This document shows, in pieces, positions 1 through 9,214 of a stretch of 64,000 nt of DNA. A program made the position numbers and the translations under genes. The notes under the pieces were generated by a model, which saw only the letters and a list, made by a program, of their open reading frames with translations, was not told the origin of the DNA and searched no databases. Each line of letters begins with the position of its first letter. Position 1 is the first letter of the stretch. This DNA comes from Trueperaceae bacterium (GTDB taxonomy: Bacteria > Deinococcota > Deinococci > Deinococcales > Trueperaceae), in NCBI GenBank assembly GCA_035703635.1, contig DASSXV010000005.1, positions 1 to 64,000 of the forward strand. Direction: 5' to 3'.

Positions 1-17
1 CAGGAAGGAGGCCGACC

Positions 18-482
18 ATGGCCAGACGCTCGAAAGCCACACCTAAAAAGCTCGGCGAGTTCCTCGACCTCCTCGCCACCAACGGCAACGTCACAATCTC
101 CGCCCAAGAACTCAACCTCGACCGCCGCAAGCTCTACCGCCTCCGCGACGAACAACCCGAGTTCGCGGCCGCTTGGGACTCCGCCATGGCCGAAGCTGCG
201 GACCACCTCGAAGCGGAGGCGAGGCGCCGCGCCGTTGAAGGTTGGCACGAGCCCGTGTTCTACCAGGGCGATGAGGTTGGGTACGTCCGCCGGTTCAGTG
301 ACACGCTGCTGATCTTCCTGATGAAGGGCGCGAACCCCGAGAAGTACCGGGAGCGCTCGAGCACGGAGCTCTCCGGTCCTGGCGGCGCGCCACTCGCGCA
401 GGGACTGGTGCAGATCTACCTGCCAGGCAACGGCCGCGACGAGCTCGAGGGCGAGTCCACGGTGGAGGTGCAGCCGTCGTGA
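18..482 (+). CDS. Terminase small subunit
   Basis: N-terminal HTH, AAAWDSA..LEAEARRRAVEG, YVRRFSDTLLIFLMKG..PEKYRE; AGGAGG RBS. Confidence 0.85.
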   Translation: MARRSKATPKKLGEFLDLLATNGNVTISAQELNLDRRKLYRLRDEQPEFAAAWDSAMAEAADHLEAEARRRAVEGWHEPVFYQGDEVGYVRRFSDTLLIFLMKGANPEKYRERSSTELSGPGGAPLAQGLVQIYLPGNGRDELEGESTVEVQPS

Positions 483-853
483 CGCTGGCGAAGCCTGCAA
501 AGCCCAAAATCAGCGAGGCCGCCTTCCAACGCCAAGTCATCCAGCTCGCTAAGCTCACGGGTTGGCGGACGGCGCACTTCCGCCCGGCGCAGAACAGCCA
601 GGGCCAGTGGCGCACGGCGGTCGCAGGTGACGGCAAAGGCTTCCCAGATTTGGTGCTCACCCGCGAGACGGTGCTGTTCGTCGAGCTCAAGGTCAACGGC
701 AACAGGCTCGCCCCCGACCAGGTGGCCTGGCGCGACGCCCTCCAAGCAGCGGGAGCCAACTGGCACTTGTGGACGGACGACGACTGGCCGGCAATCGAGC
801 AGACCCTCAAGCGAGTACCCCATGAACGACCCGCAGCGAGGGGAACCCCATGA
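479..853 (+). CDS. VRR-NUC family nuclease
   Basis: SEAAFQRQV, GFPDLVL, FVELK, QVAWRDAL motifs (PD-(D/E)xK). Confidence 0.85.
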   Translation: MTLAKPAKPKISEAAFQRQVIQLAKLTGWRTAHFRPAQNSQGQWRTAVAGDGKGFPDLVLTRETVLFVELKVNGNRLAPDQVAWRDALQAAGANWHLWTDDDWPAIEQTLKRVPHERPAARGTP

Positions 854-1050
854 GGACTGACTGCAAGAGCCATCCGGCCCTCGGCCTCCTCGGGCCGTAC
901 GGTGAAAGCGCCAGCAAAAGCTCCGCATTGTGCCTCTTCCCAGGTCGCCCCAAGCGCGTGACGGACGCCCTGCACCAACTCGCCGAGACGCCCGGCCTCA
1001 CGCTCGAGGTCTACGCACGCGAAAAGCAACGCATCCTGTACCAAGCCTGA
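850..1050 (+). CDS. Small phage hypothetical protein
   Basis: ATGA overlap with the upstream stop; fills the gap in the operon. Confidence 0.5.
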   Translation: MRTDCKSHPALGLLGPYGESASKSSALCLFPGRPKRVTDALHQLAETPGLTLEVYAREKQRILYQA

Positions 1051-1059
1051 GGAGGCGCA

Positions 1060-1680
1060 GTGCCAGACGAACCACCACCCGACCAGCAACTAACCAGGGC
1101 AGTCGCGAACGCCCTCTGGTGGTACCTGCAGCGCGACGCCTGGACGCCACACCGGCAAGTCCGCGCCATCAGCGCCACCGGCAACCCACGAGGCCACAAC
1201 TACGCCCCAGGCGCAATCCCAGGACCCACCCCCACCGTCGAACTGATCAGCATCACCTGGCAAATACGCACCTGGCTGTGGAGCGACCAATGGCCAGGCC
1301 GCGCCTGCTACGCGATAGAACTCAAGCGCCAGGCGCACAACGAGGCCCTCGCGAACCTGCCGCACGCCGCAATCGCCGAACTCGACGCCGCCTACGAAAG
1401 CCCAATGAGAAGACCGTTCAGGGTGGACACCGACCAGGACGGCCGCAGGTACCTCACCCGCAATCGCGAAGCCGAAGCCATGACGCACCTGGTCGCAGCC
1501 GCCCTCGAGGCCATCGCCCGCCGCGCCCGCCTCGAACTCATCCCCGAGCACGTCGAAAGGGCCCTTATTACTGACGAGGACCAAATCAGACCCGCCGAGC
1601 TGTATGCCGCCCTTCGTCACGACGGAGGCGCAGGAGACGCTATTGGTCCAAATCTCATTGAGGCCACCGATAGCCTGTGA
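1060..1680 (+). CDS. Phage hypothetical protein (positional candidate for a late-gene regulator)
   Basis: GGAGG RBS and GTG start; phage-like codon use; no motif recognised. Confidence 0.6.
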   Translation: MPDEPPPDQQLTRAVANALWWYLQRDAWTPHRQVRAISATGNPRGHNYAPGAIPGPTPTVELISITWQIRTWLWSDQWPGRACYAIELKRQAHNEALANLPHAAIAELDAAYESPMRRPFRVDTDQDGRRYLTRNREAEAMTHLVAAALEAIARRARLELIPEHVERALITDEDQIRPAELYAALRHDGGAGDAIGPNLIEATDSL

Positions 1681-1703
1681 TAGGAGAGGAGTCGTGAATA
1701 CCG

Positions 1704-2402
1704 ATGGCTAATGCGCGTTCCGCAATCGAGTGGACAGACCGTACTTGGAACCCAACTACCGGCTGTAACAAGGTAAGCCCAGGCTGCAAGTTCTGTTACG
1801 CCGAGACGATAACAAAACGCTTCAGCACCACCTTCCCCAATGGATTCAAGTTCACGCTTAATCCAGAACGACTGCGACAACCTCTCGCGTGGCGGCAACC
1901 GAGCCTCATCTTCGTGAATAGCATGAGCGATCTGTTCCATGAGGAGATGCCACTAGATTATCTGCAGCAGATCTTCCGAATAATGGCAGAGGCCGACTGG
2001 CATGTCTTCCAGGTGCTCACTAAGCGACACGAGCGCCTTTTGCAACTCGCACCCAAGCTTGACTGGCCCCCAAACGTCTGGATGGGCGTGTCTGTAGAGA
2101 ACCAGAAGTACACGAAACGAATCGACTACCTTCGACAGGTGCCGGCACATGTGCGATTCCTCTCGTGTGAGCCCCTGCTGGGCCCATTGAACCTGAACTT
2201 GGACGGTATCCACTGGGTCATTACGGGTGGCGAATCGGGGCCTAAACATCGGCCCATAGAAGTTGATTGGGTCCGATCAATTCGAGACCAGTGCTCAGCG
2301 GTCGGAGTAGCCTACTTCCACAAGCAGTGGGGCGGACGCACTCCAAAGAGTAACGGCCGTGAACTCGACGGCCAATTGCACGATGCCATGCCTGCCTATT
2401 GA
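1704..2402 (+). CDS. DUF5131 / phage Gp37-Gp68 family three-Cys radical-SAM-like protein
   Basis: SAIEWTDRTWNPTTGCNKVSPGCKFCYA, FVNSMSDLFH, FLSCEPLLG, WVITGGESG, FHKQWGG. Confidence 0.93.
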   Translation: MANARSAIEWTDRTWNPTTGCNKVSPGCKFCYAETITKRFSTTFPNGFKFTLNPERLRQPLAWRQPSLIFVNSMSDLFHEEMPLDYLQQIFRIMAEADWHVFQVLTKRHERLLQLAPKLDWPPNVWMGVSVENQKYTKRIDYLRQVPAHVRFLSCEPLLGPLNLNLDGIHWVITGGESGPKHRPIEVDWVRSIRDQCSAVGVAYFHKQWGGRTPKSNGRELDGQLHDAMPAY

Positions 2403-3310
2403 GATGCTGAGCGAGCGGCATCGCCCATGCTCTTCATGACATCGGTTGCAATCTTGATGGCCGTTCCCCCCGGAGTATCCGGATTCGCCGCAGCGAACAA
2501 GAGAAGGTACAGTGGGGCGTTCACGCTATTCCGTAGGACTAGATGCCAAGGAGAGACGCGAGGGAAGGCCAGGGCCAACTGACACAAGACCAAGTCGGCA
2601 ATCGTTGGCCAGGTAACGATCTTCTCGACCCGCTCGGCCACATCAAAGAGCCCTTGTTGCGGGGCAGGCTGATACCACTCAGTAGGCACCTCACAACCTA
2701 CGAACTCAACGAACCGCTGCTTCAACCAATCTGACGGCAATGCATCCCGCGCCAAATTCCTTTGAACACCGACACCAATTGGGAACAGCAACCATAGATC
2801 AACACCACGTGTAGCGCCGAGCTCCTGAATGGTCCTCCAATTCACCTGCATTCCAAACGGATCTAGGAATGCCACAGCTCGGGTTCTACTCCAGTCTGTA
2901 CTCACCACAAGTTGCAAGATCTCGGTGTTTGCGTCACCAGGTATGAAGTGGGTTCGCGAGAGCAGGCCCGTGTCCTCCCGCACGAACCGCTCCAGCTGAA
3001 GGAGCTTCCCTTGATCCTTGTCAATGAACGCATACTTGTCGAACGGGTGCTCCAGCTTCAATGCGCGACGCGCACTCCCGTCGATTAATCCACGAGCTTC
3101 GCGATCGCTTAGACTCTTCGGGGTAAACGCACCCGTGCCAGCAAACCCATCAATGTAGAGGGTCTTGAAGTACTGGGCGGACCTGTTACTTGCGAATATC
3201 CGCGTGAATGCGACAAGGTACTTCTCAAGCGCCTCGAGTTTCTGGAGGGTCCAGTCGCCCCCAAAGGGCTGCGCCGCCCCCAGCGGGTCGCCGACTTCTG
3301 GGTTGTCCAT
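2396..3310 (-). CDS. tcmP: Three-Cys-motif partner protein TcmP (SAM-methyltransferase-like fold)
   Basis: WTLQKLEALEKYL, YIDGFAGTG, GSARRAL, GDAN, FLDPFG. ATG 3310 has a TATCCT -10 box 6 nt upstream (leaderless). Confidence 0.85.
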   Translation of the reverse strand: MDNPEVGDPLGAAQPFGGDWTLQKLEALEKYLVAFTRIFASNRSAQYFKTLYIDGFAGTGAFTPKSLSDREARGLIDGSARRALKLEHPFDKYAFIDKDQGKLLQLERFVREDTGLLSRTHFIPGDANTEILQLVVSTDWSRTRAVAFLDPFGMQVNWRTIQELGATRGVDLWLLFPIGVGVQRNLARDALPSDWLKQRFVEFVGCEVPTEWYQPAPQQGLFDVAERVEKIVTWPTIADLVLCQLALAFPRVSPWHLVLRNSVNAPLYLLLFAAANPDTPGGTAIKIATDVMKSMGDAARSASQ

Positions 3311-3429
3311 TCCTGAAGGATAATTACTTGCTATGACAGGGCTCTGACCACCCACGCGAGCATTGCCATACCTGGATCGCCCTAGACAAGGTTGTGTGAG
3401 TTCACCAAAGCCGCACGATTAGCCTTGAC

Positions 3430-3458
3430 TTGACCGGCGATTTGATGGGTGGCATGAT
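3430..3458 (+). promoter_or_regulatory. Candidate late promoter
   Basis: TTGACC-17 nt-CATGAT upstream of a terminator and terL. Confidence 0.45.
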
Positions 3459-3482
3459 GCTAGGTAGCACTTCTGACTCAAG

Positions 3483-3516
3483 ACCCCGCCGTCCCCCCAC
3501 GGCGGGGTTTCTCTTT
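3483..3516 (+). terminator. Intrinsic terminator
   Basis: ACCCCGCCGT/ACGGCGGGGT 10-bp stem followed by TTCTCTTT. Confidence 0.8.
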
Positions 3517-3571
3517 GCGGGGTGAGGGTGGCCCTCACCGGCGCTCATACCGCCGGTCCGCTCGAGAAGTT

Positions 3572-3787
3572 CTATTCGCCGTCGAGCTTATCGGCTGGGT
3601 AAAGCCTGAAGGTGATGCTGTATGGCGGCCTACTGGGATGATAGTCCCACCGTTCGAAACCAATAACCCTGTAATGGGCGCCTTGATACTCAATTGTTGA
3701 CTGGTTCCTCAAGGCAGTTGCAAGCATCGACCGATGCTCTTCAGAAGTGGCCGTGACCTTTTGGACTAGCGACTTATCGAGGTCCAC
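3572..3787 (-). CDS. Small antisense hypothetical protein (71 aa)
   Basis: Strong GAAAGGAG RBS before the GTG; AT-richer than the flanks; composition unlike a shadow ORF. Confidence 0.6.
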   Translation of the reverse strand: MDLDKSLVQKVTATSEEHRSMLATALRNQSTIEYQGAHYRVIGFERWDYHPSRPPYSITFRLYPADKLDGE

Positions 3788-3826
3788 GAGCGGAACTCCT
3801 TTCAGGCCACGCGATCTCTAGAGAGG

Positions 3827-5236
3827 ATGCCGAGGTTGGCAAGAGTAATCCGCCCACAGCTCGGTCCCCAAGAGAAGTTCTTAGCGAGCCCTGCAGACAT
3901 CGTGATATATGGCGGTGCTGCAGGTGGAGGAAAATCGTACGCGCTCCTCCTCGAACCCCTACGGCACCTCACCACCGTCCCCGGTTTCGGAGCCGTCATC
4001 TTCCGCCGCACCACGGATCAAGTCCGCAACGTTGGCGGCCTATGGGACGAGAGCGAAGACGTCTACGGCCCCCTCGGCCTCAAGCCCAAGGAGAGCGTCC
4101 TCGAATGGGAGCACGCGCCGACGGGCAACACCCTGAAGTTCGCGCACCTCGAGCACGAGAAGAACGTCCACAACTGGCAAGGCGCGCAGATCCCACTTAT
4201 CGGCTTTGATGAGCTCACGCACTTCACGGCCCGCCAGTTCTGGTACATGCTCAGCCGCAACCGGTCGACTTGCGGCGTGCGTCCCTACCTGCGTGCCACC
4301 TGCAACCCTGACCCAGACAGTTTCGTCGCTGACCTCATCGCCTGGTGGATAGACCAGGACCCCAGCAGCCCCACGCACGGCCAGGCTGTTCCCGAGCGCG
4401 GCGGCGTCATCCGCTGGTTCGCGCGCATCAACGGCGAAATCCACTGGGCGGACGCTAGGCAGGAACTACTAGACCGGTTCCCCGGCCCGGACACCGCCCC
4501 GAAGAGCTTGACGTTCATCCCCAGCAAACTCGACGACAACCCGGCCCTGACCAGCAAGGACCCCGGTTACCGCGCGAACCTCCTCGCCCAAGACCCCGTC
4601 GAGCAGGCCCGCCTCCTGCACGGCAACTGGAAGGCGCGCCGCACGGCCGGCACGCTCTTCCAGCGCGCCTGGTTCCCCGTCCTCGATGCAGTTCCGGAAC
4701 TCAAGACGGCCTGGAGGGCGTGGGATTTCGCCGCGACGCGCCCGACCACCGACAACCCCAACCCCGACTGGACGCGCGGCGTGAAGGTCGGAGAGACACC
4801 AAGCGGACAGTTGGTCGTCCTCGATGTCGTCAGCGTGCGTGACGGTCCGGGAGAGGTCGACCTGCTGTACGAGCGCACCGCGTTGGCGGACGGCCCCCGC
4901 GTGCTCATCCACGTGCCGCAGGACCCTGGCGCGGCCGGCGTGAAGGCCGCCCGGGACCTCGTGCGGCGCACGCCCGTCGGTCACCACGTCCGGAGTGAGC
5001 GCGTGACCGGCGATAAGGTCACGCGCGCCAGAACCGCCTCAGCCAGAGCGCACGCCGGGCTAATCAGCGTCGTGAAAGCCGACTGGAACGACGCGTTCTT
5101 CGCCGAACTCGAAGCGTTCCCGGACGGCCAGCATGACGACATCGTCGACGCACTCGCAGACGCCGTGAACGCCCTCGTCGGCGCCGGCATCAAGCCGGAT
5201 CGCAAGAAACTCCGCGCGGGCATGGGCCTGCAATGA
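3827..5236 (+). CDS. terL: Terminase large subunit
   Basis: IRPQLGPQEKFL, Walker A YGGAAGGGKS, Walker B IGFDELTHF, ATCNP, RNase-H-like WDFAA and HDDIVDA. Confidence 0.95.
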   Translation: MPRLARVIRPQLGPQEKFLASPADIVIYGGAAGGGKSYALLLEPLRHLTTVPGFGAVIFRRTTDQVRNVGGLWDESEDVYGPLGLKPKESVLEWEHAPTGNTLKFAHLEHEKNVHNWQGAQIPLIGFDELTHFTARQFWYMLSRNRSTCGVRPYLRATCNPDPDSFVADLIAWWIDQDPSSPTHGQAVPERGGVIRWFARINGEIHWADARQELLDRFPGPDTAPKSLTFIPSKLDDNPALTSKDPGYRANLLAQDPVEQARLLHGNWKARRTAGTLFQRAWFPVLDAVPELKTAWRAWDFAATRPTTDNPNPDWTRGVKVGETPSGQLVVLDVVSVRDGPGEVDLLYERTALADGPRVLIHVPQDPGAAGVKAARDLVRRTPVGHHVRSERVTGDKVTRARTASARAHAGLISVVKADWNDAFFAELEAFPDGQHDDIVDALADAVNALVGAGIKPDRKKLRAGMGLQ

Positions 5237-5258
5237 CCCCCGAGAGAGGAGGTGCACC

Positions 5259-6593
5259 GTGATCGACATCGGCGAGCTCGTCAAACGCATGCAGCTCCTC
5301 AACCTCCAGGCGCGCATCGAGGAGAACGATGCAGCTCTCGACCTCGCCAGGGGCCTTTGGGAACCGCGCGAGGGTGAACTCCTGCCGATCGCGACGAACA
5401 CTGCGCGCCGCGCCGCGTACTCGCGTGCCCTCAAGCAGATGCAGAGTCTCGGGCCGCGCGTGATGGAGACGAAGCTAGGCGCAGCGCTCGGCCAAATCAC
5501 CTGGAGTGGAAAGCTGGACGGCATCGACGAGGCCCTGGCGGCCCTAGACCTCAGGGCCCTGGCAGCGAACCTCCTCACCGGCCTGATCGTCACTGGCTTC
5601 GCCGGCGGGTACGTCTACACCGACGAGCGTGGCCGGGCACGCATTACGCGACTGGGTGGGTACGTCGAGCCGTACGTCGATCCCGATGATGTCGACCACG
5701 TCCTCGGCCTGTACCAAGCCTGGCAGACGGTGCAGGCGCAACCGAACGGCGCTCACGTCGGCCGGTGGAGCGCTCGCGTGTACGACTGGAGCGAGCGCGA
5801 CGACGGTCGCTGCGACGTCAGGCAATGGCGGTACCTCACGAACCCCTGGGAGCTCGGGAATCTCCCCACCGAGGAGTTCGACCTGCCGACCCCGAGGTAC
5901 GCGCTGCGGAACGTCTCTCAGGAGGGCTGGCCAGTAGGTGAAATTCTAGGCGCCATGCCCCAATTCCGCGCCCTATGGGCCACCGAGGCACGGTTGGTCA
6001 TGAGCGAGGAACTCAGCGCCTTCCCGATGATGCGGGCGCTCGGGGACGTCGACACGGAAGACTTCACGGTCGGCCCATCAGAGGTTGTCACCGGCGACAA
6101 GGACGCCGATGTCGGGTGGATGGAGCCGGGGAACCTCGATGAGCTCCGCAAGCAACGTGAGCTGCGCATCGAGCGCCTCACTGCCGACCTCAGCTTGCCG
6201 TCAAGTTGGGCGACCACGCAAGCGGTGTCCGCAGAGTCATCCAGGGAGCGGAACGTGCCGTTCAGGCAGAACGCCGAGAACTACGCGCGTGACGCCACGC
6301 GGCTCCTCACGGACCTGGTCGGCAACGACTACCTCGCAGCCCTCGGCTTGACGCGGCAGGTCGAGGTGGTCGTGCTTCCGACTCTCGCTTATGACGAGGG
6401 GCGGCGCATCGAAAGCGTGATCAGTCTGCGCCGCGAGGGCCTGCTGCCCCTCGAGGTCGCCGCAGCCGCCATCCAACCGTTCTTCCCGACATGGACGGAC
6501 GAAGCACTCAACGGGTGGGTGGCTGAGCAGACGGCCGTCGTGCGCGTCGAGGACTTCGACCTCCCCGAACAGGGAGGGAACGGTGAAGCGTGA
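5259..6593 (+). CDS. Portal protein
   Basis: 444 aa directly after terL, with RBS; assigned by size and position. Confidence 0.75.
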   Translation: MIDIGELVKRMQLLNLQARIEENDAALDLARGLWEPREGELLPIATNTARRAAYSRALKQMQSLGPRVMETKLGAALGQITWSGKLDGIDEALAALDLRALAANLLTGLIVTGFAGGYVYTDERGRARITRLGGYVEPYVDPDDVDHVLGLYQAWQTVQAQPNGAHVGRWSARVYDWSERDDGRCDVRQWRYLTNPWELGNLPTEEFDLPTPRYALRNVSQEGWPVGEILGAMPQFRALWATEARLVMSEELSAFPMMRALGDVDTEDFTVGPSEVVTGDKDADVGWMEPGNLDELRKQRELRIERLTADLSLPSSWATTQAVSAESSRERNVPFRQNAENYARDATRLLTDLVGNDYLAALGLTRQVEVVVLPTLAYDEGRRIESVISLRREGLLPLEVAAAAIQPFFPTWTDEALNGWVAEQTAVVRVEDFDLPEQGGNGEA

Positions 6594-7408
6594 CCCCGCC
6601 GCTGCACCTACTCCCACCGGACCCGGACCTAGGCCAAGTGGCGTTCGCTGCTGGGCGCGCCTGGCGGTACACCGTCAAGGGCTGGACCCACCAACAGCTC
6701 TCGGCACTCGGCACCCGCGCCGAGTGGCTCGCCCTCGGATTGCAACTCGATGTGGCCTTCCGCCGCCACGCAACGGCCGCCGAAGTCATCACGAAGGCCA
6801 TCGCGTCAGGCAACCTCGCCGCGCTGCGCCTCTACCTGGCACGCGCCCACCTTGACGGGCGGAAGGTCGCTCGGCTCCTGCAGGGCGGGTACCTGCGCGT
6901 CAGTCCCTACCTCGACCGCCGCACCGCCGCTCGGTGGCTGGAAAGCGGTCAACTCTACAGCCAAGCGATAGCCAACCGCCTCGAGGCCGCACGCGTCGAA
7001 CGCACGACGTTCCTGCAGCTCCGCTCGTGGGTCGTGAACTCGGGGCAGCAGGCCGTCTGGGCCGGGCACGACGCCGAAGCAGACGAGGTCGCCACCCTAG
7101 CCGAGGCCGAGTACAAGACCTGGGTTAGAGCCTGGCCACGCCAACGGCGCCGCGACTGGCACGATCGCCTCGAAGGCGTCAGCATCCCCATTGACACCGA
7201 CTTCGTCCTCCCTGACGGTCCGAACGCCGGGCGGCGCATCACTGGACCGCGGGCGTGGGATGACGTGGATGACCCCGCGGAGTGGATGAACTGCGGCCAC
7301 GCGCTTCGGTTCGAGAAGGTGCTGACCCGCGAGCAGGCCGAGCCGGCGCTGCGCGGCCGCAGCATCCTCTACGACCCCAGGCCAAAACAAAGACCCCCAG
7401 CCAACTAG
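6590..7408 (+). CDS. Head morphogenesis / minor capsid protein (Mu gpF-like)
   Basis: KTW..R.RDWHDRLEGVSIPIDTDF..EWMNCGH C-terminal motif; follows the portal. Confidence 0.75.
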   Translation: MTPPLHLLPPDPDLGQVAFAAGRAWRYTVKGWTHQQLSALGTRAEWLALGLQLDVAFRRHATAAEVITKAIASGNLAALRLYLARAHLDGRKVARLLQGGYLRVSPYLDRRTAARWLESGQLYSQAIANRLEAARVERTTFLQLRSWVVNSGQQAVWAGHDAEADEVATLAEAEYKTWVRAWPRQRRRDWHDRLEGVSIPIDTDFVLPDGPNAGRRITGPRAWDDVDDPAEWMNCGHALRFEKVLTREQAEPALRGRSILYDPRPKQRPPAN

Positions 7409-7458
7409 GGCCATCTCGTGGACCACCCGCTCACGTCCCTAAACTGCGCCGAGCCGGA

Positions 7459-8028
7459 ATGCCAGAGGACCAGAACATCACGCCCGTCGACAGCGGAGAT
7501 GCCGACAACACGCCCCCCGTAGCGGTAACAGCGGGAACCACGCCCACTCCCGGGGGCGGCAATGAGACGCAAGTGGACATCGACAAGATCGTCCAGAAAC
7601 GCCTCGATCGGGAACGCAAGAAGTGGGAAGCCGACGCCGAGGAGAGAGCCAAACGCGCCCGCATGGACGAAGCCGACCGCCTCAAGGCCGAACTGGCCGA
7701 CAAGGACAAGGAGATCGCCGCAGCCAAAGCCGACGCCATCAAGGCCCGGCAGGTCGCCGCGCTCACCGGACGGGTCGTCGACGCCGAGGACGCACTCGCG
7801 ATCGCCGAGCGAGCCGGGCTCGTCGACGACGACGGCACGGTCAACCTCGACGAGCTCCTCAAGACCAAGCCGTACCTCGCCGCCAGCGACATGGGCGGCC
7901 GGTCGACCACGCCGGCAGCGAACGCCGCGCGGCTCGCCAACGGCACCAAGCCCCTCACCCCGGACGACTTCCGGGGGAAGGACCCGGCCTGGATCGACGC
8001 CAACCTGCACCGCCTAGCCAAACCGTAA
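7459..8028 (+). CDS. Capsid scaffolding protein
   Basis: DIDKIVQKRLDRERKK charged helix and LLKTKPYL; precedes the capsid gene; start placed at ATG 7459. Confidence 0.8.
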   Translation: MPEDQNITPVDSGDADNTPPVAVTAGTTPTPGGGNETQVDIDKIVQKRLDRERKKWEADAEERAKRARMDEADRLKAELADKDKEIAAAKADAIKARQVAALTGRVVDAEDALAIAERAGLVDDDGTVNLDELLKTKPYLAASDMGGRSTTPAANAARLANGTKPLTPDDFRGKDPAWIDANLHRLAKP

Positions 8029-8038
8029 GGAGATCAGA

Positions 8039-8857
8039 GTGTCCGTCAAGAACTTCATCCCCGAACTGTGGAGCCGCCAACTCCTCACGAACTTCCGGAA
8101 GAACCTCGTCTTCGGAAGCCTTATCAACCGCAACTACGAAGGCGAGATCCGCGACGCTGGCGACACCGTCAAGATCACCACCCCGAGCGCGATCAGCGTC
8201 AATGCTTACAGCGGCACTGTCACGTACGAGACGCCCGTAAGCACCCAACAGTCGCTGCTCATCGACCAGCAGCGCTACTGGGCGTTCGAACTGGACGACG
8301 TCGACCAAGCCCAGGCGAACGTGTCCCTGATGCAGGCGTACATGGCCGAAGCCGCGTACGCGCTCGCGAACGACGTCGACGCTGCCCTCGCGGGCCTCTA
8401 CACCGAAGCGGGCAGCAACACCCTCACGATCGACCTGACAGCCACCAGCCCCCGCCAGAACATGTACCCGGTCATCGTCGACGCCGGTCGCATCCTGGAC
8501 GAGGCAAACGTGCCCCGCACCGGCCGTTGGGCCGTACTGAGCCCCAAGGGTTACGCGCACGTGCTCAAGGAAGCCGAGTTCATCCAAGCTTCTGACAGCG
8601 CGCACGCCACCCTGCTCTCCGGCCAGGTCGGTAGCATCGCGGGCTTCACGGTGTACGTGAGCAACAACCTCACCCTCGCCACCAGCCGCAAGTACCTGTT
8701 CGGCACGAACGCTGCCATCACGGTCGCCGATCAGGTCACCAAGACCGAAGCGCTGAGGCGCGAGACGGCGTTCAAGGACGCCGTGCGTGGCCTTCTCGTG
8801 TACGGCCGCAAGGTCGTGCGTCCCGCCGCGCTGGGCGTAATCAGCGCCACGGAGTAA
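8039..8857 (+). CDS. Major capsid protein (P22 coat-like family)
   Basis: NFIPELWS, NRNYEGEI..GDTVKI, LDEANVP..GRW, DAVRGLLVYG.KVVRP. Confidence 0.92.
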   Translation: MSVKNFIPELWSRQLLTNFRKNLVFGSLINRNYEGEIRDAGDTVKITTPSAISVNAYSGTVTYETPVSTQQSLLIDQQRYWAFELDDVDQAQANVSLMQAYMAEAAYALANDVDAALAGLYTEAGSNTLTIDLTATSPRQNMYPVIVDAGRILDEANVPRTGRWAVLSPKGYAHVLKEAEFIQASDSAHATLLSGQVGSIAGFTVYVSNNLTLATSRKYLFGTNAAITVADQVTKTEALRRETAFKDAVRGLLVYGRKVVRPAALGVISATE

Positions 8858-8861
8858 CGCC

Positions 8862-9212
8862 ATGGCAGACACTGCCGTAGTCGTGGGAGCCGTGCCGCTG
8901 GACTCGTTCAGCAGCGTCATCGGAGCCGCCACCGCCATCAGCGCGGGTGACACTGCGGTGATTGCCGCCGGGGGCTTCACTGGTCGCCTGCTCCTGCAGG
9001 TGACCAACACCACCGCCGCGAAGGACGTGACGATTAAGGCCGGCGTCGGGCCGAGGGCCGCTCTCGGCGACCTCGTTCTGGAGTTCGGTGCGACCGAGAC
9101 GCGGTACATCGCGATCGAGTCCGCCAGGTTCGCTCAGGCGAACGGGTCGATCCGCGTGACGATGGAAGGCGCAGGCAGCGTCAGGGCCAGCAGATTGCCG
9201 GCTGGGTCCTGA
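8862..9212 (+). CDS. Putative capsid decoration protein
   Basis: Small beta-rich protein right after the capsid gene. Confidence 0.6.
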   Translation: MADTAVVVGAVPLDSFSSVIGAATAISAGDTAVIAAGGFTGRLLLQVTNTTAAKDVTIKAGVGPRAALGDLVLEFGATETRYIAIESARFAQANGSIRVTMEGAGSVRASRLPAGS

Positions 9213-9214
9213 CC

